DNA of 64,000 nucleotides, from the NCBI GenBank assembly GCA_963775425.1, contig CAVZJB010000016.1:1152001-1216000 (forward strand), written 5' to 3'. Shown in pieces: positions 50,958 to 64,000 of the stretch. The stretch is from an uncultured delta proteobacterium. GTDB lineage: Bacteria; Myxococcota; UBA727; VGSZ01. The translations under genes were made by a program, and so were the position numbers. The stretch's first letter is position 1. Every line of letters starts with the position of its first letter. The notes under the pieces were generated by a model. It was not told where the DNA came from, did no database searches, and saw nothing but the letters and a program-made list of their open reading frames with translations.

Positions 50958-53633
50958 GTGCTGCGTTCGCTCACCGTTGTCCCCTTTGCCGCATGCCTGG
51001 TCATTGCGGTCTGCAACTGCGGGAGCCCCGAAGTCTGCAACGACAACGTCGACAACGACGGCGACGGAAAGACCGATTGCGACGACGCCGACTGCCTCGA
51101 CGACGCCGCCTGCCAACCCGGCGAGGGCGAGGGTGAAGGCGAGGGTGAGGGCGAGGGAGAAGGCGAAGGCGAAGGCGAGGGCGAGGGCGAAGGCGAAGAC
51201 TTCGAGCTCACCTGCGACGACGGCATCGACAACGACCACGACGGCCTCACCGACTGCGAGGACGACGACTGCACCTTCGACGCCGCCTGCATCGAGCCCG
51301 AGACCGACTGCAACAACTTCGCCGACGACGACTTCAACGGCCTGTTCGACTGCCTGAACGAGCCCAACTGCATCGACAACGGCCAGTGCGTCCCCGGCGA
51401 CACCGCCGTCGGCGGCGCGTGCAGCACCCAGCTCGACTGCCAGGCCGACAACAACGACCCGGCCTGTCTCCTCGACGCCGGCTTCGAGGGCGGCTACTGC
51501 AGCGAGTACTGCACCGACGACAGCGGCTGCAGCAACGGCACCGGGCACTGCATCTCCTTCCCTGATCCCACGGACTTCTTCGGCACCGCCACCGTCGGCC
51601 TGTGCTTCGCCGCCTGCGACGTCGACGGCGACTGCCGTGACGCCACGCAGATCTGCGACACCCTCGGGGCGCGCACCAACAACCAGAAGGTCTGCCTGCC
51701 CGCCCCCGTCTGCGGCAACGGCACCTTCGAGATCCGTGAGGAGTGCGACGACGGCAACCTCGACGACGGCGACGGCTGCAGCTCCACCTGCACACTCGAG
51801 GCCTGCCTGGACCAGAGCTTCGACGCCGTGAACATCGGGCCGAACGCCGGCGACTTCACCGGCGTCACGCTCGACGACTTCGTCGGCAGTTGCGAGGGCG
51901 GCAGCGGCACGCTCGACGTGGTGTCGACGTTCACGCCGCCGGGCCCGGGGACGCTCTTCGCCCGCGCGCGCGACACGCAGTCCCGCGACCTCACCGTCTA
52001 CGTGCGCGGCGACTGCGCCGACGTCAACAGCGAGAAGGCGTGCGCCGTGGCCGCGCCCGCGTCGGCCGCCATCGACAGCGACTCCTTCGTCATCGTCAGC
52101 AGCGGGACCGGGCCGTACAACCTCGACCTCGTCTTCAAGGACACCACCTGCGGCGACGGCCTCGTCGGCGCCGGCGAGATCTGCGACGGCCTCGACGTCG
52201 GCGGCGCCCGCTGCAGCGACACCCAGCCCGGCACCATCGGCACCGTGCGGTGCGACGCCTGCACCGGCCTCGACGACTCCGGCTGCGTGGCCCCCATCGT
52301 CAACGAGGGCGCCGCCAACGACACGCCGCCCGACTCCGTAGACGTCTACAGCGACCCGTACGTCGGCACGCTCGACGTCGACGGCGACCACGACTGCGTC
52401 TCGTTCGACGCCGGCGCGGGCGATCTCATCTCGGCCCACGTCGAGGACACCGGCGACGGCGCGTGCGGCGCGTTCACGCTGGATCCCGACATGGACATCT
52501 TCGACACCGACGGCACCACGTCGTTGGCGCACGACTTCGGCTGCAACTTCGACATCACCGCCACGGCCGCCGCGGACGGCACCTACTTCGCCTGCGTCGA
52601 AAACGACGGCGGCTTCTCCACCGGCAGCACCTACCGGCTCGTGGTCACGGTCAGCCAGTCCTCCTGCGGCAACGGCGTCGCCGAGGGCGCCGAGGAGTGC
52701 GACATCTTCGACTTCCCGTCGGGCGAGCGCTGCGGCGCCGTCGACATCGACACCTTCGGCAACTCCACCTGCGCCGGCGACTGCACCCTCGACAGGTCGG
52801 GTTGCTCGCAGATCGACTACACGGAGGTGGAGCCCAACGAGACGCCGGCCGCGGCCAACGACTTCAGCGCGCCCTTCGCCGGCAAGATCGACTCCGACAC
52901 CGACGTCGACTGCGTGAGCATCGCCGCCACCGCGGGCGAGCACCTGCGTGCGCGGACCACGGACTTCGGCGACGGCGCCTGCGCGGCCAACGCCGAGGAC
53001 ACCAAGCTCGAGATCTTCGACACCGACGGCACCACCAGCCTCGGCACCAACGACGACGCGGGCGGCAACCGTTGCTCGGAGCTCGAGCAGCCCATCGCGG
53101 CCGACGGCACCTACTTCGTGTGCGTCACCAAGTTCACCGGCGCCACCAACTTCGCCTACCAGCTCGAGCTCGACCTGCTCGAGCCGGGCTGCGGCGGCGG
53201 GTTCGTCGACGGCACCGAGGAGTGCGACGACGGCAACAACGACAACGGCGACGGCTGCACCAGCGACTGCCGCCTCGAGGAGTGCCTCACGCCGCTTCAG
53301 GCCAACACCGGCGTGAACGACGGCGTCATCGCCGCCCTCGACGGCGTCGAGAACAGTTGCTCGGGCGCCGCGCGCTCGTTCGAGCAGGTCTGGGAGCTCA
53401 CGCCCGACACCGACGGCACGGTGACGGTCACGGCTGCCTCCACCCTCGACCTCACGCTGGGCATCCGCTCCACCTGCGGCGACGACGGCTCCGAGACCTC
53501 GTGCACGGACGTCGGCTTCAGCGGAGACCCCGAGAGCAAGACGGTGACCACCACGGCGGGGACGCCGTTGTTCATCGTCGTGGAGCCGTTCTTCGCGGGC
53601 GACACCGGCAACTACACGCTCACGATCAACTGA
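50958..53633 (+). CDS. Acidic Cys-rich surface lipoprotein with myxococcus cysteine-rich (DUF4215-like) and PPC-like domains
   Basis: GTG start after GGAGG, VCNC signal end and a (GE)n linker. DNDGDG..DCDD.DC repeats, CGNG...EECDDGN..DGDGCS..C and EVEPNET are present. Confidence 0.8.
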   Translation: MLRSLTVVPFAACLVIAVCNCGSPEVCNDNVDNDGDGKTDCDDADCLDDAACQPGEGEGEGEGEGEGEGEGEGEGEGEGEDFELTCDDGIDNDHDGLTDCEDDDCTFDAACIEPETDCNNFADDDFNGLFDCLNEPNCIDNGQCVPGDTAVGGACSTQLDCQADNNDPACLLDAGFEGGYCSEYCTDDSGCSNGTGHCISFPDPTDFFGTATVGLCFAACDVDGDCRDATQICDTLGARTNNQKVCLPAPVCGNGTFEIREECDDGNLDDGDGCSSTCTLEACLDQSFDAVNIGPNAGDFTGVTLDDFVGSCEGGSGTLDVVSTFTPPGPGTLFARARDTQSRDLTVYVRGDCADVNSEKACAVAAPASAAIDSDSFVIVSSGTGPYNLDLVFKDTTCGDGLVGAGEICDGLDVGGARCSDTQPGTIGTVRCDACTGLDDSGCVAPIVNEGAANDTPPDSVDVYSDPYVGTLDVDGDHDCVSFDAGAGDLISAHVEDTGDGACGAFTLDPDMDIFDTDGTTSLAHDFGCNFDITATAAADGTYFACVENDGGFSTGSTYRLVVTVSQSSCGNGVAEGAEECDIFDFPSGERCGAVDIDTFGNSTCAGDCTLDRSGCSQIDYTEVEPNETPAAANDFSAPFAGKIDSDTDVDCVSIAATAGEHLRARTTDFGDGACAANAEDTKLEIFDTDGTTSLGTNDDAGGNRCSELEQPIAADGTYFVCVTKFTGATNFAYQLELDLLEPGCGGGFVDGTEECDDGNNDNGDGCTSDCRLEECLTPLQANTGVNDGVIAALDGVENSCSGAARSFEQVWELTPDTDGTVTVTAASTLDLTLGIRSTCGDDGSETSCTDVGFSGDPESKTVTTTAGTPLFIVVEPFFAGDTGNYTLTIN

Positions 53634-53767
53634 TCCCCCCGCGCGCGCTCCTTCGCTCGGCTCGGTCCGACCGCGCCGGGCGCGGCGCGGGTGTCGGCGG
53701 CGGCCGCGCGCGCCCCACCCTGCCCGGCGCCCCTTGCGCGCTCCGTCTGCCTCGCTAACTCGGGGGC

Positions 53768-57424
<3,657 letters not shown>

Positions 57425-57449
57425 GCCGCGCCGGGCGCTACACTGCGTC

Positions 57450-58166
57450 GTGCTCGTCGCCCTCGCCCTCGCCCTCGCCGCCGCGTCCCCGCAGGACACG
57501 GCGCCGCGAGACAGCGCCCCGCAACGCGAGGCCCTCGCCGAGGGCGTGGCGCTCTACGACTCGCTCGAGTTCGAGAAGGCCGTGGTCTCGTTCCAGAAGA
57601 TCGTCCTCGACGACGCCACCCCGAAGCAGACCCGCGCCGCGGCGTTCGTGTGGCTCGGCCTGTCCTACGGGCAGCTCGGCGACACCGACGCGGCCCGCCA
57701 ATTCTTCAAGCGTGCCGTCGAGACCGACGCTTCGGTGCCCGTGCCGGACAACGCGCCGCCGGCGCTCACCCGGATGCTCGAGACCGCGCGCGCCGACGCC
57801 GCAGCCAAGGTCCGCGCGGCACGGCAGGAGGAGCGCAAGCGAGCCGCGGCGGCCGGGACCGGCGCTGCGCTGCCGGGCGGCGGCGCACCCGAGACCGGTA
57901 GCCGGCCGGCGGCGGGGGGCGCGGGTGGTCCGGGCATCGCGGTCGTCGGCTCGGGCGTGGGCGCGGGCGTCCTCGCCGTCGCCGCCCTCGGCTTCGGCGG
58001 CTTCGGCCTTCAGCAACTCTCGGTCGCGTACGACTTGAGCGTCCCCGCCAAGCCCGCGCTCGCCGCGTACGACACCGCCGTCGCCTGCGGCGTGGTCGCC
58101 GGCGTGCTCGGCGGCGCCGCGGCCGTGGCCGGCGGCCTCGCGGCTACCTTCCTGGCGCTCGAGTAG
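57450..58166 (+). CDS. Secreted/membrane TPR-containing protein
   Basis: Signal peptide, TPR-like WLGLSYGQLGD..AARQFF and hydrophobic C-terminal segments. Confidence 0.7.
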   Translation: MLVALALALAAASPQDTAPRDSAPQREALAEGVALYDSLEFEKAVVSFQKIVLDDATPKQTRAAAFVWLGLSYGQLGDTDAARQFFKRAVETDASVPVPDNAPPALTRMLETARADAAAKVRAARQEERKRAAAAGTGAALPGGGAPETGSRPAAGGAGGPGIAVVGSGVGAGVLAVAALGFGGFGLQQLSVAYDLSVPAKPALAAYDTAVACGVVAGVLGGAAAVAGGLAATFLALE

Positions 58167-59085
58167 CCAGCGCCGCGAGCTCGAGCGCCTCCGCGAGCGT
58201 GGCCACGGTCTCGGCCGCGGGCAGGCCCACGCCGAGGTCCACCAGCGAGCGGCACACGCCGGGCGACAGGCCCGAGAGGATCACGTTCGCCCCCATCAGC
58301 GCCGCCGACGCGGTGATGCGCGAGAGGTGCTCCATGGCCGCGGAGTCCACGACGGCGACGCCGGTGAGGTCGATGACGACGGCGCGCGCGCGCTCGTTCC
58401 GGATGCGCTTGAGCAGGCGCGCGGTGAGGAAGCGCATGCGCTCGTCGTCGAGCTCCCCGACGAGCGGCACGAGCAAGCGGCGCTCCGCCGCGATCAGGAT
58501 GGGCGTGGACAGCTCGCGGATGGCGACCGCCTGCTCCCGCACCCGCTCCGTGTGTGTCGCGAAGAAGCTCTCGCCCACGACCTGGACGATGAGATCGAAC
58601 AGGGCGGCTGTGCCGAGGACGAGCACGCGCAGCTCCTCGCGGTCCTGCACCTTCTCGAACGCGAAGTCGACGAGCGCGCTGACGAGGCGGGCGAACGCTT
58701 CGCTCCACGCGCGGAAATCGACGCCCGCCCGCGCGTACGCGTCGCCGCGCTCGCGAAGCGACTCCAGGTACGGCTCCCAGTTGCCGTCATGGGCGCCGGC
58801 GGCGATCTTCGCGAGGTTCACCCGGTTTTGCGCGAGCATGGCTTCGCCGCTCAGCCCCGCGAGCACGGGCGCGAACGACGGCACGCTCTGGTAGGCCGCG
58901 CTGTTCAACGCGCTGATGTGTGCCAGGTGAATGTCCGCGAAGGCGCAGTAGGCGCGCAGTCCGCGCGCAATCCGGGGATCCTCGAACCACACGGCCGTGA
59001 TCCTCGCCCGCGCGCGCGTCACAAGCAAGGTGTCGACGTCCGTACCGTGTCGAATGCCTCCGCCGGGCTGCTGCCTTGTCCCCAT
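58144..59085 (-). CDS. RsbR-like STAS-domain protein with a globin-like sensor N-terminus
   Basis: AIRELSTPIL...PLVGELD..R...IDLTGVAVVDS...LMGA.VILSGLSP. The start is inferred. Confidence 0.85.
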   Translation of the reverse strand: MGTRQQPGGGIRHGTDVDTLLVTRARARITAVWFEDPRIARGLRAYCAFADIHLAHISALNSAAYQSVPSFAPVLAGLSGEAMLAQNRVNLAKIAAGAHDGNWEPYLESLRERGDAYARAGVDFRAWSEAFARLVSALVDFAFEKVQDREELRVLVLGTAALFDLIVQVVGESFFATHTERVREQAVAIRELSTPILIAAERRLLVPLVGELDDERMRFLTARLLKRIRNERARAVVIDLTGVAVVDSAAMEHLSRITASAALMGANVILSGLSPGVCRSLVDLGVGLPAAETVATLAEALELAALATRAPGR

Positions 59086-59183
59086 GCGCGGCCGCCGCCG
59101 CGGCACGGATGCGCCCGCCGTCGCGGGCATGCGTGGTGCAAGCGCTGCCGGGCCAAGGGCGTTTCCCAAGACCGGAGGTGACG

Positions 59184-59864
59184 ATGACCGCGCATGAGAT
59201 CTCGATCGACGTCGGCAACGGCGTCTCCATCGCCGGCACCTGGGGCATCCCCACCGGCGCCGCGGGCATCGTCGTCTTTGCGCACGGCAGCGGCAGCAGC
59301 AGGTTCAGCAAACGCAACGGCTACGTGGCGATGGAGCTGCAGCGGGCGGGCTTCGCAACCCTCCTGCTCGACCTGCTCACCAAGGACGAAGAGCACCTCG
59401 ACAACGTCACCGGGGAGCTGCGCTTCGACATCCCCTTCCTCGCTGCGCGCGTCGTCTCGGCCGCGGACTGGGTGGGCGCCCAGCGCGACCTGCAGGGCAT
59501 CCCCGTCGGCCTCTTCGGCGCGAGCACCGGCGCCGCCGCGGCGCTGTCGGCGGCGGCGGCGCGCGCCGAGAGGATCGCCGCTGTGGTCTCGCGCGGCGGG
59601 CGCCCGGACCTCGCCCTCGAGGACCTCGCCCATGTGCGCGCCCCGACACTCCTCATCGTGGGCGCCAACGACCCCGAGGTGCTTCGCCTCAACGAGCGCG
59701 CGTACGCGCGGCTCACCTGCAAAAAGCAGCTCTCCATCGTTCCGCGCGCGACCCACCTGTTCGAGGAGGAGGGCACGCTCGAGCAGGTGTCCGCGCTCGC
59801 GCGCGACTGGTTCCGTCTGTTCCTGACGGCGGAGGCCGAGCGCACCGCGGCGGAGACGCGATGA
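59184..59864 (+). CDS. Dienelactone-hydrolase-like alpha/beta hydrolase
   Basis: FAHGSGSSRFS.RN, FGASTGAAAAL, VSRGGRPDLA and ATHLFEE.G. Confidence 0.9.
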   Translation: MTAHEISIDVGNGVSIAGTWGIPTGAAGIVVFAHGSGSSRFSKRNGYVAMELQRAGFATLLLDLLTKDEEHLDNVTGELRFDIPFLAARVVSAADWVGAQRDLQGIPVGLFGASTGAAAALSAAAARAERIAAVVSRGGRPDLALEDLAHVRAPTLLIVGANDPEVLRLNERAYARLTCKKQLSIVPRATHLFEEEGTLEQVSALARDWFRLFLTAEAERTAAETR

Positions 59865-60805
59865 CCGAGCCCGTGGTGCTCGCGGGCTCGTATGCGCGCG
59901 AGCTGCTTCCGGCCGTCGCGCACGAGGTCGGCGCACAAGCGCACGCGCACGTCGTCGAGCGCTTCCCCGACGGGGAGATCCGCGTGGAGGTCCCGACCGC
60001 CGTCGCGCGCCGCGAGGTGTTCATCCTGCAGAGCCTGGTGTCGCCGGCGGGCGAAGCGGCCCTGGAGCTCCTGCTCCTCGCCGACGCCGCCTGGCGCGCG
60101 GGCGCGCTGCGCGTGTCCGCGGTGATCCCCTACCTCGGCTATGCGCGCCAGGACCGGCGCACCGAGGAGGGACAGCCCCTCGGCGCCAAGGTGGTGGCCC
60201 GCGTCGTCGACCTTGGCCACTTCGCCCACGTGGTCGCCGTCGACGTGCACGCGCCCGCCGTCACCGCGTGCTTCGACGGGCGCATCGAGCACGTCACCGC
60301 CGTCCCCGCGCTCGTGGAAGCCCTGCGCAAGGTGGTCAGCCGCGACGCCGTGGTCGTCTCGCCCGACCTCGGCGCGGTGAAGCTCGCCGAGCGCTACGCG
60401 CGCGCGCTGGGCGTCCCGCTCGCCGTCGTTCACAAGGTGCGCACGAGCCCGACGGAGGTCGCCGCGCACGGCGTTGTGGGCGACGTCGACGGCCGCGAGC
60501 CCGTCATCGTCGACGACATGATCTCCACCGGCGCCACGGTGGTCGCCGCGGTGCAGGCGCTGCGCGAGCGGGGCTGCACCCGCCGGCCCATCATCGCCGC
60601 AACGCACGGCCTCTTCGTCGCCGACGCGCTGCAGCGGCTGCGCGCGCTGGAGCCCATACGCGTCGTCGTGACGGACAGCGTCCCGCGCGAGGCGGCCTCC
60701 GAGCGCGCGGCGATGTTCGTCGTGAGCCTGGCGCCGCTGCTGGCGCGAACGATCCGCGCGCTCCATCGCCGCGAGCCCGTCGGCGACCTGCTGTCTCACG
60801 CGTGA
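59861..60805 (+). CDS. prs: Ribose-phosphate pyrophosphokinase (paralog-type)
   Basis: FPDGE, PYLGYARQDR, VSPDLGA and IVDDMISTGAT. Confidence 0.88.
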   Translation: MTEPVVLAGSYARELLPAVAHEVGAQAHAHVVERFPDGEIRVEVPTAVARREVFILQSLVSPAGEAALELLLLADAAWRAGALRVSAVIPYLGYARQDRRTEEGQPLGAKVVARVVDLGHFAHVVAVDVHAPAVTACFDGRIEHVTAVPALVEALRKVVSRDAVVVSPDLGAVKLAERYARALGVPLAVVHKVRTSPTEVAAHGVVGDVDGREPVIVDDMISTGATVVAAVQALRERGCTRRPIIAATHGLFVADALQRLRALEPIRVVVTDSVPREAASERAAMFVVSLAPLLARTIRALHRREPVGDLLSHA

Positions 60806-60880
60806 AACGAACACCGGCGCGCCCGCCGCCTCGGGTGAGGACGACGGGCGCGTCACCAGGGATTGAATGCGTGTCGAGAG

Positions 60881-61339
60881 CTACGAGATCTTGATCTCTT
60901 GCGTCTTCGGCGTGGTCGCCGGCGCCTTCGGGATCATCAAGTGCAGCATGCCGTCCTTGTACGAGGCGTGGATCTTCTGATCGTCGACGCTCTCGGGCAG
61001 CGTGAAGCTGCGCTGGAAGCGACCGTAGCTCCGTTCCACGCGGTGCCACTTCTTGCCCTTGTCCTCCTTCTCTTGCCGGCGCTCGCCGGTCATCATCAGA
61101 ACACCGTTTTGCACGGACAGCTTCACATCCTCCTTTTTCACGTCCGGGAGCTCCGCGCTCACGACGTAGGCCTCGGGGGTCTCCTGGATGTCGACGGCGG
61201 GCGTCCATTCGGCGAACGTCATCGCCTCGGTGTCACCGAGGCCGAAGCGCGACAGGAAGCGCGAGTCGTTGAACATGCGGTTGAAACGGTCGATGGCCTG
61301 CTCGAAGTCACGAGCGGGATCCCAGCGGACGATTGCCAT
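60881..61339 (-). CDS. Hsp20/alpha-crystallin small heat-shock protein
   Basis: WTPAVDI.E, ERSYGRFQRSFTLP and ASYKDGMLHL.IPK. Confidence 0.95.
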   Translation of the reverse strand: MAIVRWDPARDFEQAIDRFNRMFNDSRFLSRFGLGDTEAMTFAEWTPAVDIQETPEAYVVSAELPDVKKEDVKLSVQNGVLMMTGERRQEKEDKGKKWHRVERSYGRFQRSFTLPESVDDQKIHASYKDGMLHLMIPKAPATTPKTQEIKIS

Positions 61340-61557
61340 GGTTTTCTACCTCCGTGCATCGCGGCGATGCGTGCACGCGTTCAGCAACGCGCGTGCCTGC
61401 CGAGGACCCGCTTGCGGATGCGATCGGCGCCCCTCGCCTGTGCGCGGAAGGACACGACTGCGCGGGAAAGCGCCCACGCCCGCGTCGACGAGCTCGCGAG
61501 CGCGCGAGATGTTGCGGGCCACTTGACGTCGTGTCGCCGGCGAGCGACGACGACGAC

Positions 61558-61911
61558 ATGGCGCTCACCGTCTACGGCATCCCCACCTGTGCCACCGTCA
61601 AGAAGGCGCGCACGTGGCTCGACAAGAAGCGGGCGGCGCACGCGTTCGTCGACCTCCGTGCGACGCCGCCGCCGGCGGCGCAGGTCAAGCGCTGGGTCGA
61701 CGCGTTCGGCGCGGCGGCGATGAAGAACACCAGCGGCGGGGCCTATCGCGCGCTCGGCGACGAGAAGAACACGTGGAGCGACCCCGAGTGGACGGGGCGG
61801 TTCGTTGGGGACCCCATGCTCATCAAGCGCCCCGTGATCGAGCGCGACGGCAAGCCCGTGCTCGTCGGGTTCCGGGCCGACGAGGCGACGCTCGCGCGCC
61901 TGTTGCTCTGA
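61558..61911 (+). CDS. ArsC/Spx (YffB-like) family protein
   Basis: YGIPTCATVKKARTWL...PMLIKRPVIE...VGF. Confidence 0.9.
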   Translation: MALTVYGIPTCATVKKARTWLDKKRAAHAFVDLRATPPPAAQVKRWVDAFGAAAMKNTSGGAYRALGDEKNTWSDPEWTGRFVGDPMLIKRPVIERDGKPVLVGFRADEATLARLLL

Positions 61912-61962
61912 CAACGACCCTGCATGTGCTCGCGGAACGTGCTTGCGGAATCTGTGGGAAAC

Positions 61963-62036
61963 TGGTTGGGGAACCGGGAGTCGAACCCGGATACTCGGAA
62001 TCAAAATCCGATGTCCTGCCTTTAGACGATTCCCCA
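61963..62036 (-). tRNA. tRNA-Gln (anticodon TTG)
   Basis: Acceptor stem TGGGGAA/TTCCCCA with encoded CCA. The anticodon arm is TCGGA-TTTTGAT-TCCGA and the T-arm is CCGGG-TTCGACT-CCCGG. Confidence 0.96.
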
Positions 62037-62163
62037 GCAGGCGGGCTTCCTAGACGACGCCGTCGACGACCGGAATACCCTCCGCCGCCCCCCGGCGACA
62101 ACCCCGACAACCGGGCTTTACGACGTTGCCGGCCCGCGTGTCTGTGCGTAAGGAAGGGACCAC

Positions 62164-63531
62164 ATGACCGACGTGGCGCTGCCCAAGCGCAAGTTCCCAT
62201 GGGCTCTCGTCGTCGCCGTGGTCGCCGCCGGCGCCCTCGCGGCCTGGTTCTTCTACCCGCGGGCCCCGGACAAGCCCAAGATCACCACCGCCGCCGTGGA
62301 CCGCGGGGACATCACGGTGCGCGTCACCGCCACCGGCACCCTGTCGGCGCTCGTCACGGTCCAGGTGGGCAGCCAGGTGAGCGGCCGCATCCAGGCGATG
62401 CTCGTCGACTTCAACGACACCGTGAAGAAGGGCCAGATCATCGCCCGGCTCGACCCGCAGCTCCTCCAGGCCGCCGTCACCGAGGCCAAGGCCAACAACG
62501 CCGCCGGCGTCGCCGCCCTCGACCGCGCCAGGGTGCGCGCGGAGAACGCCCGGCACCAGCTCGCGCGGGCGCAGGGGCTCGCCGACAACAAGCTCATCGC
62601 CCAGAGCGAGCTCGAGGCCGCCGAGCTCGACGCCAAGGTCGCCGACGCCGACGTCGGCACCGCCCAGGCGCAGCTCGAGCAGGCCAGGTCGTCGCTCGAG
62701 CGCACGCGCATCAACCTCGGCTACGCCACCATCATCTCGCCCATCGACGGCGTCGTGATCTCGCGCTCCGTCGACGTCGGGCAGACCGTGGCGGCGTCGC
62801 TGCAGGCGCCCACGCTCTTCACCATCGCGCAGGACCTGCGTCGGATGCAGGTGGACACCAGCGTCGGCGAGGCCGACATCGGCAAGATCACGCCCGGCAT
62901 GAACGCCACGTTCACCGTCGACGCGTGGCCGTCGGAGCGCTTCGTGGGCAAGGTGAAGCAGATCAGGAACGCCCCGGAGACCGTGCAGAACGTCGTCAGC
63001 TACGACGTCATCATCGACGTCGACAACGCGGACCAACGGCTGCGCCCGGGCATGACCGCCAACGTCAACTTCACGGTGGCCACCAAGGGCGACGTGCTGC
63101 GCGTGCCCAACGCGGCGCTGCGCTTCCGGGCCCCGTCTTCTTTTCTTGCGGCGCTCGCGGGGGACAAGCCCCCGCGCCACGACGGCAACGGCGACGCGGG
63201 CGGCGCGGCGAGGACGGCGGCGGGGGACGAGCCCCCGCGCGACAACGGGGCGCACGGCGGGCCGCACGACGGCGCGCACGACGGGGGGACGCGCGACGGG
63301 GGGACGCACGGCGGGCGCGGCGTGGACGGCGCGCGTGAGGTGTGGGTGGTGCGCGGGGGTCAGCCACAGCCGGTGCGGATCCACACGGGGCTGTCGGACG
63401 GGACGGTCACCGAGCTCATCGGGGACGCGCTGCACGAGGGCGACGAGGTCGTCACCGACGCCAGCGCCGGCGCCGGCGCCAACGGGAGCGGGAACGGCCG
63501 CGCGCCGCGGATACCGCGGCGGATGTTCTAG
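62164..63531 (+). CDS. Efflux membrane-fusion (MacA/HlyD-type) periplasmic adaptor
   Basis: VQVGSQVSGRI, ISPIDGVVISR.VDVGQTVAASLQAP and LRPGMTANV. Confidence 0.92.
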   Translation: MTDVALPKRKFPWALVVAVVAAGALAAWFFYPRAPDKPKITTAAVDRGDITVRVTATGTLSALVTVQVGSQVSGRIQAMLVDFNDTVKKGQIIARLDPQLLQAAVTEAKANNAAGVAALDRARVRAENARHQLARAQGLADNKLIAQSELEAAELDAKVADADVGTAQAQLEQARSSLERTRINLGYATIISPIDGVVISRSVDVGQTVAASLQAPTLFTIAQDLRRMQVDTSVGEADIGKITPGMNATFTVDAWPSERFVGKVKQIRNAPETVQNVVSYDVIIDVDNADQRLRPGMTANVNFTVATKGDVLRVPNAALRFRAPSSFLAALAGDKPPRHDGNGDAGGAARTAAGDEPPRDNGAHGGPHDGAHDGGTRDGGTHGGRGVDGAREVWVVRGGQPQPVRIHTGLSDGTVTELIGDALHEGDEVVTDASAGAGANGSGNGRAPRIPRRMF

Positions 63532-63545
63532 CGCGGGAGCCGGCG

Positions 63546-64000
63546 ATGCTCATTCACCTCGACGACGTCACCAAGACCTACGCCACGGGTGACGTCGAGG
63601 TGCGCGCGCTCCGCGGGGTCTCCCTCGGCATCGAGGCCGGCGAATTCGTCGCCATCATGGGCGCGTCCGGGTCCGGGAAGTCCACGATGATGAACGTGCT
63701 CGGGTGCCTCGATCGCCCCTCCACCGGCACGTACACGCTCGGCGGGCTCGCGGTGCAGCACCTCGACAGGCCCCAGCTCGCCTACGTCAGGAACCACACG
63801 CTCGGCTTCGTCTTTCAGTCGTTCAACCTGCTCGCGCGCACCAGCGCCATCGAGAACGTCGAGCTCCCCCTGCTCTACGCCGGCGTCCCGTCGCGCGAGC
63901 GCCGCCGCCGGTCCCTCGAAGCGCTCGATCGCGTCGGGCTCGGCGACCGGTACGCCCACCTGCCCAACCAGCTCTCGGGCGGCCAACAGCAGCGCGTCGC
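63546..64000 (+). CDS. MacB/LolD-type ABC ATP-binding protein (3' truncated by the window)
   Basis: Not in the ORF track; read directly as MLIHLDDVTKTY...GASGSGKSTMMN...GFVFQSFNLL...NQLSGGQQQRV. Confidence 0.9.
   Translation, partial: MLIHLDDVTKTYATGDVEVRALRGVSLGIEAGEFVAIMGASGSGKSTMMNVLGCLDRPSTGTYTLGGLAVQHLDRPQLAYVRNHTLGFVFQSFNLLARTSAIENVELPLLYAGVPSRERRRRSLEALDRVGLGDRYAHLPNQLSGGQQQRV

Noticed and set aside
61912-62163. tRNA-Gln as an integration site of a genomic island
   Set aside because: I saw no integrase, no duplicated tRNA 3' end in the window and no obvious GC shift.

Overview
Very GC-rich (visibly above 70%) chromosomal segment whose gene content points to a myxobacterium-like Myxococcota/Deltaproteobacteria genome. 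It carries about 55 genes. Housekeeping genes include smpB, panB, nth, mfd, an RluA-family synthase, astA, a prs paralog, hsp20 and tRNA-Gln(TTG). Signalling genes include two Ser/Thr kinases, a REC-REC regulator, an ECF sigma/anti-sigma pair, MarR, STAS and a stand-alone sigma-70 region-4 protein. Surface machinery is prominent. There are two tandem type IVa pilins followed by pilG/H/I-like genes, and two giant CglD-like lipoproteins (Ca-binding TSP3-type repeats + VWA/MIDAS + Cys-rich tail) that sandwich a Na+/H+ antiporter and a Na+/Ca2+ exchanger. There is also a Cys-rich acidic lipoprotein, a FadL-like barrel and a myxosortase-like CPBP protease. At least four genes are broken by single-base frameshifts, two of them at the same AGATTC context, so assembly error is likely. 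No CRISPR, integrase, transposase or rRNA was seen. All family calls come from motif recognition by eye; no database search was run.
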